Origin: Coraliomargarita sp.
GTDB taxonomy: Bacteria; Verrucomicrobiota; Verrucomicrobiia; Opitutales; Coraliomargaritaceae
NCBI GenBank assembly: GCA_965216325.1
Contig: OZ244160.1
Location: 960,001-1,024,000 of the forward strand
DNA: 64,000 bases
Reading direction: 5' to 3'
Positions 22,876-33,794 of the stretch are shown piece after piece. Made by a program: the position numbers and the translations under genes. The notes beneath the pieces are model-generated. The model saw only the letters and a list, made by a program, of their open reading frames with translations. It was not told the DNA's origin and made no database searches. Every line of letters starts with the position of its first letter. Within the stretch, counting starts at the first letter, position 1.

Positions 22876-25800
22876 ATGAGCGCGCGTAAATCCTTTACCG
22901 ATCTCTACATCAATCGCCCGATTCTTTCGATCGTGGTGAGCATGGTGATCGTGATCATCGGACTACAGTCCTACTTCTCACTGAATATTCGGCAGTATCC
23001 GAAGAACGAGAATGCGGTCATCACCATTACGACTGCCTATGTGGGCGCGGATGCGAAACTCGTGCGTGGCTTCATCACCACACCGATTGAGCGCGCGATC
23101 GCGGCAGCCGATGGCATTGACTATATCGAGTCCAATAGTGTGCAGGGGCTTTCGACGATTAAGGCCCGGCTGAAGTTGAACTACGATGGCAAGACGGCGC
23201 TCGCGGAAATCAGCACCAAGGTGGATCAGGTGCGTGGGGATTTGCCGCCGGAGTCTGAAGTGCCGGTGCTAACAATTGAAACTGCGGATTCGCAGATTGC
23301 AGCGTCCTATCTGAGTTTTCGTTCTGATATTCTCGAAGCCAATGAGGTGACCGATTATCTGACCCGCGTGGTGCAGCCGCGTCTAAGTGCGGTCGTTGGT
23401 GTGCAGCGTGCCGACATTCTCGGCGCACAGAATTATGCGATGCGTATTTGGCTGAAGCCGGACCGACTGGCTTCGCTGAATATCAGTCCGGCGCAAATCA
23501 ACCATGCGATTGCCTCGAACAATTACCTATCGGCAGTTGGTCAAACCAAGGGGGCCTTAATCACAGTCAATCTGACGGCGAATACCGACTTGAATACCGT
23601 AGAGGATTTTGAGCGCTTGGTGATCGCTGAGCGCAATGGTGCGCTGATTCGCATCAAGGATGTCGCCGATGTGATTTTGGGTGCGGAGAATTACGATGCG
23701 GATGTCCGCTTTGCCGGCGAGCCGGCGGTGTTCATGGGCATCTGGGTACTGCCTAATGCGAACACGCTGGATGTGATTGCAGGCGTGCGCGAGGAACTGG
23801 ACCGTATTCGTGCCGGCTTGCCGCAAGGTATGACGGCTACCACCGCGTATGACTCGACTGAATACATCGAAGACGCGATCCGTGAGGTCTATTCAACTTT
23901 GACTGAGACGCTACTGATCGTGGTTGTCGTGATCTTCCTTTTTCTCGGATCCTTACGTGCAGTATTTGTGCCGGTGATTGCGATTCCGATTTCGCTGATC
24001 GGTGGCTTTTTCCTGATGCAGGTATTTGGTTTCAGTATCAACTTGCTGACCTTGCTCGCGATTGTGCTGTCCGTCGGTTTAGTGGTCGATGATGCGATTG
24101 TGGTGGTGGAGAATGTGGAGCGTCACCTGACAGAAGGTAAAGGACGTATCGAGGCTGCATTGATTGCGGCACGCGAGTTGGTTGGCCCGATCATTGCGAC
24201 TACGCTCGTTTTGGTGGCGGTGTATACACCCATCGCGCTGCAAGGCGGCTTGACGGGTGCCTACTTCAAAGAGTTTGCACTGACGCTGACGGGGGCAGTC
24301 TGTATCTCGACTGTGGTTGCGTTGACACTGTCACCAATGATGTCGTCGAAGTTCTTGCGTCCAAACGAAACCGAGCGTGGCTTTGCGGGATGGATCTCCA
24401 AGCAGTTTGATAAATTGAAGCGTCTGTATGCGCGTGCCTTAGCCCAGGTTCTGAACTCACGACCTTGGGTCTATGTCGTTTGGATTATGCTGACTGTGCT
24501 CGGAGTGGTGATGTTTGTGATGTCGCCGCGCGAACTGGCACCTACCGAGGATCAGGGATTTATGTTCGGTATCTTCAATACGCCATCCAACTCGACGCTT
24601 GAGCAAACCAGTCATTATACTGAGCAGATCTTTGAAGTATGGAAGGATACACCCGAGTATGAGTTTACTTTCCAAATTACCAATCCGACCTTTGCACTTG
24701 GAGGGATGGGGCTGGTTCCATGGTCGGAGCGTGAACGCACTGTGAGTGAGGTTGTCATGGATGTGCAGATGCGTGCCAATGCCGTGCCCGGGATCGAGAG
24801 TATCATGCTCACTCCGGCGGCTTTGCCGGGTGGGGGCGACTTTCCGGTTGAGTTTGTAATCGCATCGACTGCCGATACCGAGCAGCTGTTGCCGATTGCT
24901 CAAGAGCTACAACGTCGTGCGACCGAGAGTGGGCTGTTTGCGTTTCCTCCGGTGATCGATGTGAAGTTTGATCGCCCGCAGTCAGAGATTATTCTGGATC
25001 GCGACAAGATTGCGGACATGGGGCTGAGCTTGCAGCAAGTTGGGCAAGACCTCGGCGCTGCGATTGGCGGGAACTATGTGAACCGTTTCAGTATTGATGG
25101 GCGCAGTTACAAGGTGATCCCACAACTGAGACGTGGCAGCCGACTCAATCCAGAACAGCTGAACAATGTTTATACCACCGGGCCCGACGGTCGCCTTATT
25201 CCACTCAGCTCGATTGCGATGATCGTGGATACGGTTGAGCCGCGCACACTGAACCGTTTTCAGCAACTTAACTCGGTGAAGCTATCAGGTGTCACCACAC
25301 GGACCATTGATGCCGCGCTCGCGTTTATGGAAGAGCAGGCCGAGGAAATCCTACCCAATGGCTTTGTGATCGATTACACTGGTGAGTCCCGACAGCTGCG
25401 TAAAGAGGGCGGCAATAAAGCCTTCTTGCAGACCTTTGCCTTAGCGGTGGTGATGTGCTTCCTGGTCTTAGCCGCGCAGTTCAACTCCTTTCGTGATCCA
25501 TTCATTATTCTCTTGGGCTCGGTGCCATTGGCGATCTTTGGTGCATCGGTGTTTACCTTCCTCAAGATCCCAGCACCGGGGATTGAAGGACTGACAACTG
25601 GATGGACGACGACCTTCAATATCTACACTCAGGTTGGCTTAGTCACGCTGGTGGGTCTCATTGCGAAGAACGGTATTTTAATTGTTGAATTTGCGAATGC
25701 CTTACAGCGTCAAGGTCTGCGCAAATGGGATGCCGTGTATCAGGCCTCGCAGACACGTTTGCGCCCGATCCTGATGACGACTGCGGCAACGATCCTCGGC

Positions 25801-25995
25801 CACTTTCCGTTGACCTTGGTTACGGGAGCCGGTGCTGAAGCAAGGAACTCAATCGGCCTGGTGTTGGTCGGAGGCCTGAGTATTGGTACGGTGTTCACAC
25901 TCTTTGTCATCCCAGTGATCTATCATCTGATTGCTGCAGAACATACTGGTAAAACCGTGAAGCCTGTTTCGGCTGCGGACATCCCAACCGATTAA
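22876..25995 (+). CDS. RND efflux permease (AcrB/MexW-like)
   Basis: 1039 aa; GLVVDDAIVVVENVER, KNGILIVEFA, RLRPILMTT. Confidence 0.96.
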   Translation: MSARKSFTDLYINRPILSIVVSMVIVIIGLQSYFSLNIRQYPKNENAVITITTAYVGADAKLVRGFITTPIERAIAAADGIDYIESNSVQGLSTIKARLKLNYDGKTALAEISTKVDQVRGDLPPESEVPVLTIETADSQIAASYLSFRSDILEANEVTDYLTRVVQPRLSAVVGVQRADILGAQNYAMRIWLKPDRLASLNISPAQINHAIASNNYLSAVGQTKGALITVNLTANTDLNTVEDFERLVIAERNGALIRIKDVADVILGAENYDADVRFAGEPAVFMGIWVLPNANTLDVIAGVREELDRIRAGLPQGMTATTAYDSTEYIEDAIREVYSTLTETLLIVVVVIFLFLGSLRAVFVPVIAIPISLIGGFFLMQVFGFSINLLTLLAIVLSVGLVVDDAIVVVENVERHLTEGKGRIEAALIAARELVGPIIATTLVLVAVYTPIALQGGLTGAYFKEFALTLTGAVCISTVVALTLSPMMSSKFLRPNETERGFAGWISKQFDKLKRLYARALAQVLNSRPWVYVVWIMLTVLGVVMFVMSPRELAPTEDQGFMFGIFNTPSNSTLEQTSHYTEQIFEVWKDTPEYEFTFQITNPTFALGGMGLVPWSERERTVSEVVMDVQMRANAVPGIESIMLTPAALPGGGDFPVEFVIASTADTEQLLPIAQELQRRATESGLFAFPPVIDVKFDRPQSEIILDRDKIADMGLSLQQVGQDLGAAIGGNYVNRFSIDGRSYKVIPQLRRGSRLNPEQLNNVYTTGPDGRLIPLSSIAMIVDTVEPRTLNRFQQLNSVKLSGVTTRTIDAALAFMEEQAEEILPNGFVIDYTGESRQLRKEGGNKAFLQTFALAVVMCFLVLAAQFNSFRDPFIILLGSVPLAIFGASVFTFLKIPAPGIEGLTTGWTTTFNIYTQVGLVTLVGLIAKNGILIVEFANALQRQGLRKWDAVYQASQTRLRPILMTTAATILGHFPLTLVTGAGAEARNSIGLVLVGGLSIGTVFTLFVIPVIYHLIAAEHTGKTVKPVSAADIPTD

Positions 25996-26016
25996 TGTTA
26001 TTATCAAAACACCTCG

Positions 26017-26086
26017 GTAGGGCGCGTTATCCCTAACGTGCCGCCTGACCAAACGTTGGCGGATCGTTAAGGATAACGATCCCTAC
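26017..26086. repeat. GTAG-type REP inverted doublet (family A)
   Basis: GTAGGGCGCGTTATCCCTAACGTGCCGC ... GCGGATCGTTAAGGATAACGATCCCTAC. Confidence 0.88.
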
Positions 26087-26109
26087 CTAAACGAATCATC
26101 TTACAGATC

Positions 26110-27471
26110 ATGCAAAAGTTTTTACTTAAAGGGTTTCTCATCGCTTCCTTGTTGTTAGGGACCGCGCTTTACTTGAAGGCTGCCGATCGAGTCAGCATGC
26201 GTGTGCCGCCGCCCTTGCCGGACGAGATCAGTTTGGAAACGGCCATCGACTATGCGCTGGAAAACAGTTTCGCAGTGCTGCAGGCAAAGGAGCGAATTGA
26301 AGAACAATATGGTTTACACCTCGAGGTGAATTCCGGTGTGCTGCCGAATGTGTCCTTGAATTCCAGTTACTCCGAGCAGGACGAGGAACTGGTGGGTTTT
26401 CAGGGGGCTGAGGATGATTGGCGGGTGTCTCTGCAGGTGCGCCAAGCGCTTTACTCCGGTGGTAGTCTGCGAGCATCCATTCGTGCACAAGCTGCCTTGG
26501 AGAAGGCTGCGCTGTATGACTTGCAAGCCAATGTTGAGGCAACCATTCAGGATGTGAAGACACGCTATTATGATGTCTTGTTGGCCCGTGATACGATCGA
26601 GGTCGAAGAGCAAAATCTCCAACTGCTCAAGGAGCAGTTGGAGAATACCGAGAGCCGTTTTGAAGCGGGTGCCGTTTCCAATTTTGATGTGCTGCAGGCC
26701 AAGGTTTCGTTGGCGAATGCTAAGCCAGCCTTGATTCGCGCGAATAATGATTTTCGCATTGCCGAGGCGGAACTCAAGCGAGCGGTCGGTTACGTGAAAG
26801 AGCGCGACTATGTGACGACTTCGCCGACATATACGGGGGAACTTGAAGTAAGGACCAAAGACTACGATTTGCTGAACTCTATGACGACTGCGTTACAGCG
26901 TCGCCCAGAGCTCGCGCAGCAAAAGTTGGTGATCGATGCGGGGGAAGAGGATATCGATATCGCACGTTCCGGTTACTACCCGAGTGTTGATTTGGTCGGT
27001 AGCTACGACTTTCGTCGCTCTTACGAGCCGAGTGATGATCGTTTCGACAATCATATCGATGGCTGGTTTGTCGGCGTCGAGAGCACCTGGAATATATGGG
27101 ATGGCCGAGCGACCAAAGGTAAAGTCGTGCAAGCCAAGTCACAGCTTCGTCAGGACGAGCTGACCTACAATGAAACGCGTCTCCAGATTGAGATCGAAGT
27201 GCGTCGTGCGATTTCCGAGCTACAGGGCTCCACCGAGCTCCTGCTCGCCGCTCGTGAGGTAACCGGTCAGGCCGAAGAAGCTTTGCGACTCGCCAATGAG
27301 CGTTATAACGTCGGTAGTTCCACCTTCTTGGATACACTCCAAGCCCGTGTGGCGCTCACCGATGCCCGCAATAATGAGCTGCAAGCCAACTACAGCTACC
27401 TCGTTTCCACGGCCAACGTTCAGCGCGCCATCGGCGAGACGAGTTACGATTTCGTGACGAGCAAGAAGTAG
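26110..27471 (+). CDS. TolC-family outer membrane efflux protein
   Basis: Signal peptide and two OEP repeats (RFEAGAVSNFDVLQA; RYNVGSSTFLDTLQA); operonic with the RND genes. Confidence 0.92.
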   Translation: MQKFLLKGFLIASLLLGTALYLKAADRVSMRVPPPLPDEISLETAIDYALENSFAVLQAKERIEEQYGLHLEVNSGVLPNVSLNSSYSEQDEELVGFQGAEDDWRVSLQVRQALYSGGSLRASIRAQAALEKAALYDLQANVEATIQDVKTRYYDVLLARDTIEVEEQNLQLLKEQLENTESRFEAGAVSNFDVLQAKVSLANAKPALIRANNDFRIAEAELKRAVGYVKERDYVTTSPTYTGELEVRTKDYDLLNSMTTALQRRPELAQQKLVIDAGEEDIDIARSGYYPSVDLVGSYDFRRSYEPSDDRFDNHIDGWFVGVESTWNIWDGRATKGKVVQAKSQLRQDELTYNETRLQIEIEVRRAISELQGSTELLLAAREVTGQAEEALRLANERYNVGSSTFLDTLQARVALTDARNNELQANYSYLVSTANVQRAIGETSYDFVTSKK

Positions 27472-27719
27472 AAGTCCCACTGTGCTGGAGTAGGTGCTCC
27501 ACTTGTGGACGCACTTTTTGTGCGGAAGAAGCTCTAAAGCGGGACGATGGCGTTGAAGTGACGCCCGCGAATGCGATACTGTTCAGCGATGATGCCAAGA
27601 GCGGTATCATCGGGCGGGGCAGACCACCTCCACTTGCTTAGCGGTTGCGGGTTCTTTGTGATTGTGGATCGATGCCACACACTCGAGCACGCCCTGTATG
27701 CTAAAAGAAATCTTTAAGC

Positions 27720-28580
27720 CTACGGAGCGTTGGCCTCGGCCTTGTCTTTGAACTGGTAGTGTTTTTCGCCTTCCAGTATTGCGGAGACTGATTTCTCGAG
27801 CTCTGACTGTGTTTTTTCGAAGCGGTCCGTGTAGTGTTGATCCATTGAGGACATGCCGATGATGGCGTTGACCATATCTTCGCGTGGTTGCGTCTTCAAA
27901 TACTCCGCGGCTTCCTTTATGTAGGATAGGGCAAGCGCTCGTTGGGTATCGTCTTCCATCATTGCTAGTGAGGGACTGAGTTCAGGGCGCGTGAAGTTGA
28001 CCAGATGTCCATTGTCAAGAATCCACGCTCTGGCTGAGTTCAGGTGTGTGTGCCCCAATAGCACCAATTCGCTCTTCTTAGGTCCGTCTGGAAGTGCCAG
28101 CAGAGGATTACGACCGGGGATGTAGAATTCGTAGTGCCCGTAATAAACCGCGTTCACATCGTTCCAGCTGGTGATCCGTTGCATCTCTTCGTCAGTCAGT
28201 TCGACATCGTAGTGACCTTCCTTGAGCACACGAACGAGTTTACTGCGGTGTGAGCCCCATGCGTAAGCTGGCAGAACGCCCGGAGGGCCATCGCCGACAA
28301 AGTTGACCATCTTTTCATCCGCTCCAGTGTAGCGGTGTCCTGACTTCGCCATCAGCTCAGTGTAAGACACATTGAATGGTAGACTGATATCGCCTGCGAG
28401 GTTGAGCACCTCACCGGCCTCTTTACCATAGTCGTGGCAGGAAATACATTTGTTATCAAAGACCGGTTGAACTTCAGTTAGGTAGTTGAAGGGCTTGGCT
28501 TCTTCGACGCTGGGTGTGTCCAACCATGGCTCAAGCTTGCTTGGCGCACGGCGCATCGCGAGGAGTGAAGTCAGGTTGGT
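27720..28580 (-). pseudogene. 5'-truncated HzsA-related/CxxCH-containing protein
   Basis: LAMRRAPSKLEPW...EVQPVFDNKCISCHD...SKLV..L..GH pattern typical of the C-terminus of PVC hydrazine-synthase-alpha-like proteins. An in-frame TAA lies 12 codons above the Met and there is no signal peptide. Confidence 0.6.
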
Positions 28581-29181
28581 GAGCCGCAGTTATCGACTGA
28601 CGCGTAAGATGATGGTGTTGGGGGCGAGTGCGATGGGGGATGCTCATTTGGTCGAACAGTCGATTGATGAGATGCGTCAGCTGCGCGATGTGGTCGATGC
28701 GTCGGTTTTTATTGCCGTGTTGGATGGCACTAAAGGGGTGATATTGGAGCAGGCGATAGGTGGCTCGCCGTTTAAGTTTTCAGTGGATTTAGGTAGTCGC
28801 TTTACTTTGCATTCAGGCGCACCCGGCAAAGCGCTGTTGGCATTCTTGCCTGAGACGGAGAGCGATGAGTTATTGTCACAACTGGAATTGAGTCGCTTTA
28901 CTGAGCGGACCATTACTTCTGTTGAGGAGATGCAGGTTGAAATGGCACGCATCCGTGAACGCGGTTACGCGACCGATTGTGCCGAGGAGTTTGAAGGTTG
29001 CCATTGTGTGGGGACGGTCATCAAAGACCACCGGAACTATCCGATCGCCATGCTATGGGCTACGGGCACATCCTTTAGTATCTCTGAAGATCGTTTTGCT
29101 GAAGTGGGCGAGCAGCTCAAGACTGCTGCGGCGCGTATCTCGGCTAAGTTTGGACATCAACTACACGCTGAGGACGCGTAG
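28580..29181 (+). pseudogene. IclR-family regulator lacking its N-terminal HTH
   Basis: Begins at SYRLTRKMMVLG, the segment after the HTH; effector domain LHSGAPGKALLA and IRERGYATD. The upstream frame is the antisense of the HzsA fragment. Confidence 0.75.
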
Positions 29182-29525
29182 GATTTATTTACTCCAACCT
29201 GTACTTCAGTGAACGCACGCCAGATTGGCTGATGTGGCACGAGGTCCGTGATATGGATCCATTCGACTGCGCGTTTCGGGAATTTGATTGCTTGTCCGCC
29301 CTCCGTGCGCTCTAGTTCATCGGCGAGCTCGCTGACTGGAGTCGCCTGTCTCGGGGCATCCGCAAGCAGCTGTGAATGCGTCAAAAGTGCCGCTAAGATG
29401 CAGCCGATGTTCAGCAGATTGGGGCTGGGGCATTGTTTGTGCACAGAAAAGTCTATGCTGATACAGGCTTTGGGCTGATTAAATGCACCGAATGACCGAA
29501 AGCCTGCAGGATTTGCGGCGAGCAC

Positions 29526-31856
29526 TCACTCTTGTAGCCAGTTGGCTAGATCCGCGTCGCTTTGAAGCTCTGTCTCGCCTTGGTATTCTGGTGCGAGTTG
29601 CTCGCGGTAGGCAGGCTCGGCGTAGCGCTGGCAGTGGAGTAGAATGCGCGCGCTTTGTCCTGGGGCTCGGACGAGGCGACCGAGTGCTTGATGAATGCGG
29701 CGCATCGCTGGGATGATGTAGACATCCCGGAAGTTCTCTTCGCGCTGGAGTGAGGGGTGGGCATCCATCTTGGCATCCTGCACGGCGTTAACCTCCGGCA
29801 AGGCTGGGCCAACGACCATGGCAGTGTGCACCCGTCCACCTAGTTTATCGACTCCCTCTGCGTAACTGGATCCCAGAATCAGGAACAGCACGTCAGCCAT
29901 GAGTAAGCCTTCTTCGATGAAGCTCTCTTGCTCGGCAAGGTCGACTCCGCGCGGTTGCATCATGACTCGCAGTTCCGGATTGGTGGCGCTCAAGTAGGCC
30001 TGAACGTTCTGCGCGTATTGATAGGAGGCGAAGAAGACTGCAACGGGTGTTCCCGGGCTCGTGGTGGTTAACGACGCGATGGTCTGCGCGGTCGTTGCGT
30101 AATAGCGCTCACGTGACTTTAGGCGGGTGTCGACTCGGCAATCAATGGCGACTTGGTAGGCATCGTCACGCCATGTGGCGTGACCTTGTGCGAGAACGGC
30201 TTGTTCCTTGCTCAAGCCACAGCTGGCACGGAAGCCATTATAGGGCGCGAGCGTCGCCGACATGAGGATGCTCGCACCAAAGGGCTTGAGGCAGTCGGCG
30301 ATCCATTTGCTTGGATCGAGGCAGGTGGCTTTCAGGGTGCCGCTTGAGGGCGACCAATTCAGCCAGCGGTGACTGGGTTCGGCCAGTCGTTTAGCGAGCT
30401 CGGGAATACGCCATGCGATTTCGATGGCAAAGGGGGCGGTTTGTTCGTAGTCGATGTGGGCATCTAGCAGTTGCTTGGCAAAGTCCTCGCAGAGATCCAG
30501 TGCGGTATAGAGTTCGTTGCTGCTAATGGGGCCTGTTGTATTGAAACTGCCGATACAGCGCACGAGTTCATTGCCGGTCGCGATCAGACGTCGGTTGGCG
30601 CCATAAGTGCTGAGCTCTTCGAGTGCGAAGAGTAGGTCGCCCGCGTTTAGATCAACACTCAGCGCATCGGCGACACGGTCGGGTAGGTTGTGCGCCTCGT
30701 CGATGATGAGCAGTGTTTTGCTCGGTTCAAAGCCGACGCTTTCGTTGAACACGCCTTGGCTACTGGGAGCGAACACGTAATTGCTGTCGCCGATCCAAAT
30801 TTCGGCAAAGGGCAGGCAGCCGCGGGTGAGTGCGTAGGGGCAGACCCCCGTCTCTGCACCGAGTGCACGCGCGCGCTCAAGTGTTAGCGTGCCGTCTTCA
30901 AATAAGTTGGGTGCGTGGATGTCCGCCGCGAACCAGTGGTGCGCAAGGTCGTTGTCGCAGTTGGCATCTCCTGTGCAGGTATGTGCCGGGCTTTCGATAC
31001 GATGCTCATTGCGATTGCGCATCTGGATGAAACGCAAACTATCGCCGATCATGTGGCGCAGCTGCGCAATGGTCTGCAGCTGACCGGTCGATTTGCTGGT
31101 GAGATAGATGCAGCGCTCATACAGACCCGCCTGCATCTGCCGCAGGGCATGCTCCAATACGATGCCGGTCTTCCCAAATCCTGTTGGCGCTTCGAGGAGA
31201 ACGGTGCGCGCTTGGAGGGCGGTCTTCTCGAGTGTCTTAAATAATTCCGCCTGACCATCGCGCAAAGTCTCGAAGGCAGGTCTTAGCTCAATGCCCTCGA
31301 GTCGTAGGTGTGAGCCACGACGATCTTCGAGGAAAGGATAGAGTGCTGCGAGCTGATGCTCGAAACGGTCCGCATCGAGCTCCGTCAGTGGTACCGACTG
31401 CACGGTGCCATCGTTGATGTTGATGAACTGAAGCTCGGCGTGGAGTGTTTGCTCGGCGTAGTCGGGTAGTATTTGCGCGAGTCGCCAGTAGCATGCTATC
31501 TGGGCGAAGTATTCGGGATACTCCTTCGCGAGTTCTTCGGCTGGAGCGGGGAGCGGCGTGCGGACCGTTTTGACTTCACGCAGCAGGAGTCCGTCCGCTT
31601 GTGGGATGACTTGGTCGATGCGCCCTTGAAGTTCAATTTGCCAATTCTTGTAAGGCCAGCGTCCCTGAATCTGAACCTCAAACTCGGCGTCAGGGTATTC
31701 GAAACAGGTTTGTTGTTCAGCCGTTTGGTGCCACTGTTGTCCGACGATTGCACGCCATGGCCCGGCACCACCACGATCACTGCGGGGCGCATTGCGAAAA
31801 TTAGCCAACTCGCCGACACTGAGTCGAACGCTGCGCGCATTCGCGTTGATGTGCAT
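29526..31856 (-). CDS. DinG/XPD-like SF2 helicase with N-terminal PD-(D/E)XK (RecB/Cas4-like) nuclease domain
   Basis: GQQWH, GRID, EVKT, QIACY nuclease motifs; [33 protein letters not shown] helicase motifs. Confidence 0.88.
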   Translation of the reverse strand: MHINANARSVRLSVGELANFRNAPRSDRGGAGPWRAIVGQQWHQTAEQQTCFEYPDAEFEVQIQGRWPYKNWQIELQGRIDQVIPQADGLLLREVKTVRTPLPAPAEELAKEYPEYFAQIACYWRLAQILPDYAEQTLHAELQFININDGTVQSVPLTELDADRFEHQLAALYPFLEDRRGSHLRLEGIELRPAFETLRDGQAELFKTLEKTALQARTVLLEAPTGFGKTGIVLEHALRQMQAGLYERCIYLTSKSTGQLQTIAQLRHMIGDSLRFIQMRNRNEHRIESPAHTCTGDANCDNDLAHHWFAADIHAPNLFEDGTLTLERARALGAETGVCPYALTRGCLPFAEIWIGDSNYVFAPSSQGVFNESVGFEPSKTLLIIDEAHNLPDRVADALSVDLNAGDLLFALEELSTYGANRRLIATGNELVRCIGSFNTTGPISSNELYTALDLCEDFAKQLLDAHIDYEQTAPFAIEIAWRIPELAKRLAEPSHRWLNWSPSSGTLKATCLDPSKWIADCLKPFGASILMSATLAPYNGFRASCGLSKEQAVLAQGHATWRDDAYQVAIDCRVDTRLKSRERYYATTAQTIASLTTTSPGTPVAVFFASYQYAQNVQAYLSATNPELRVMMQPRGVDLAEQESFIEEGLLMADVLFLILGSSYAEGVDKLGGRVHTAMVVGPALPEVNAVQDAKMDAHPSLQREENFRDVYIIPAMRRIHQALGRLVRAPGQSARILLHCQRYAEPAYREQLAPEYQGETELQSDADLANWLQE

Positions 31857-32698
31857 TATTGGCGAGGACGGCTGCGTAGCACCGGTATTTTGCTTTGCGG
31901 TTTGTAGAACTGCTTGGAGCCCAGTTCGACATTGGTTTTCAGTTCTTTGACGACAATCTCTCCATAGGCCTGGTCCTTGGCAAGTAGGGTGATTTCACTT
32001 GGAAAAAAGACGCCGTCCACGGATTTAAACTTCGTGGCTCGATAGTCGAGATAGCCCGCTTGGCGTCCAAGCTTGCCAATACCACCATACTGGGTGATTA
32101 GGAAGTTCTCCTTGTCGAAATAAAACCAACTGCGTTCATCCTGTGGGCCAAAACCTACGACGAGATAGGCGGGGCGCCCGGCTACTTTTGCATTGCCCTG
32201 ATACTGGAAGTCATAGCGTGCGCTGAGCGGTGTGGTGAAGGGGGGGATGAACCAACGCTGGTGTTTGAAGTGGTTTGCATCGAGCCCTTTAAAATCTTTT
32301 GGAGGCTGTTCCTTGGGCTTGAGCTCCTGTGTCCAGCAGTCGACGCCGTCAAAAACAGTGATCTCCTCATATTTGCGCCCCTGGTAGGTCCAGCTCAGTG
32401 TCAGATGGCGCTCACCCTTGTGGGTCTCAACGAGCTTGAAATACTTTAGTTGGCTCGACTCTTTGTAGGTCCCCGAGGCGAAGACGTTGAGCACAGTCTG
32501 ATGCGCGGCTTCACCTCCGCTGGCAGTCAGGTAGTTGCTGATCAGCTTCAGGCTTGGGCCATCGCTGTGTTCGGGGCGTTTGATTGTGTTGACTTCCTCT
32601 TCGGTGGGCGCGGCGTTGCTTTGAGCTGTGAGCGCCGAGCTTGTAAGCAGTAGCAAAGAGGTAATCGTTGTAAAAAGTGACCAGTTTAGGGTTTTCAT
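31856..32698 (-). CDS. Hypothetical exported protein (LolA-like/lipoprotein-sorting fold plausible)
   Basis: Signal peptide; YLTASGG...FDG..CW...YFDKENFL...VDGVFFP pattern; 1-nt overlap with the helicase gene. Confidence 0.6.
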   Translation of the reverse strand: MKTLNWSLFTTITSLLLLTSSALTAQSNAAPTEEEVNTIKRPEHSDGPSLKLISNYLTASGGEAAHQTVLNVFASGTYKESSQLKYFKLVETHKGERHLTLSWTYQGRKYEEITVFDGVDCWTQELKPKEQPPKDFKGLDANHFKHQRWFIPPFTTPLSARYDFQYQGNAKVAGRPAYLVVGFGPQDERSWFYFDKENFLITQYGGIGKLGRQAGYLDYRATKFKSVDGVFFPSEITLLAKDQAYGEIVVKELKTNVELGSKQFYKPQSKIPVLRSRPRQ

Positions 32699-32757
32699 AG
32701 TGTAGATCGGTCGTATTGTCCGCGTTCTACTATAAAGCTCAACCTGTTTTCATAGCT

Positions 32758-33693
32758 ATGCGAATTCTTATTACCGGAGGTGCCGGTTTCCTCGGAAGCC
32801 ACTTATGTGATCGTTTACTCGGCGAAGGCCATGAAGTGATCTGCATGGATAACTATTTTACCGGTCGGAAGCGCAACATTCTCCACCTGCTGAAAAATCC
32901 GAATTTTGAGCTGATGCGCCATGACGTGACGGATCCCTTCAAGGTGGAGGTTGACCAGATCTATAATCTCGCCTGTCCGGCGTCGCCCGTGCACTACCAG
33001 CACAATCCGATCAAGACCATCAAGACCTCTGTCATGGGCGCGATCAACTGCCTGGGATCTGCTAAACGTGTTGGGGCACGTGTGTTTCAAGCATCGACTT
33101 CGGAGTGCTACGGCGATCCAAGTGTGCACCCACAACCGGAAGGCTATTGGGGCAATGTCAACCCGATCGGCATTCGCTCCTGTTACGACGAGGGCAAGCG
33201 CTGTGCGGAAACACTCTTTATGGATTACCACCGCCAGAACGGTGTCGACATTCGTATCGTGCGCATCTTCAACACCTATGGTCCGCGCATGTGCCCGGAT
33301 GATGGTCGTGTGGTATCCAACTTCATCGTGCAGGCACTGCAGGGCAAAGACATCACCGTTTATGGCGATGGCGACCAGACTCGTTCGTTCTGCTACTGCG
33401 ACGACTTGATCGAAGGTTTTGTACGCCTGATGGACCAAGAAGAGCTCGTCGGCCCGGTGAATATCGGTAACCCGGGTGAGTTTACGATTCTTGAGCTGGC
33501 CGAGAAGGTGATCGCGCAAACCGGCAGCAAGTCGAAGATTATCCACGAGCCACTGCCACAGGATGATCCAAAGCAGCGCCAGCCAGACATTACGCTCGCG
33601 AAGGAAAAACTCGGCTGGGAACCCACCGTTTCCTTAGACGAGGGCTTGAAGCCGACGATCGCTTACTTCGATCAATTGCTGAGGGAATCGTAA
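32758..33693 (+). CDS. UDP-glucuronate decarboxylase (UDP-xylose synthase)
   Basis: [46 protein letters not shown]. Confidence 0.93.
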   Translation: MRILITGGAGFLGSHLCDRLLGEGHEVICMDNYFTGRKRNILHLLKNPNFELMRHDVTDPFKVEVDQIYNLACPASPVHYQHNPIKTIKTSVMGAINCLGSAKRVGARVFQASTSECYGDPSVHPQPEGYWGNVNPIGIRSCYDEGKRCAETLFMDYHRQNGVDIRIVRIFNTYGPRMCPDDGRVVSNFIVQALQGKDITVYGDGDQTRSFCYCDDLIEGFVRLMDQEELVGPVNIGNPGEFTILELAEKVIAQTGSKSKIIHEPLPQDDPKQRQPDITLAKEKLGWEPTVSLDEGLKPTIAYFDQLLRES

Positions 33694-33698
33694 TCGCG

Positions 33699-33774
33699 GT
33701 AGGGCGCGTTATCCTTAACGCGCTGGGGTGGCTAGGCATTGCTGTGGCGGATCGTTAAGGATAACGACCCCTAA
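33699..33774. repeat. GTAG-type REP inverted doublet (family A)
   Basis: GTAGGGCGCGTTATCCTTAACGCGC ... GCGGATCGTTAAGGATAACGACCCCTAA. Confidence 0.88.
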
Positions 33775-33794
33775 CTAATGACTATTGGAGTGGG

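Noticed and set aside
28486..29181. Intact 231-aa IclR
   Set aside because: The first ~30 codons are the antisense of another gene and contain no HTH.
29157..29525. 122-aa ORF with a signal-like segment
   Set aside because: No credible start or family motif; possibly a decayed fragment.
29526..31856. Type IV CRISPR CasDinG or cas4 locus
   Set aside because: No array or other cas genes; the gene is in a housekeeping context.
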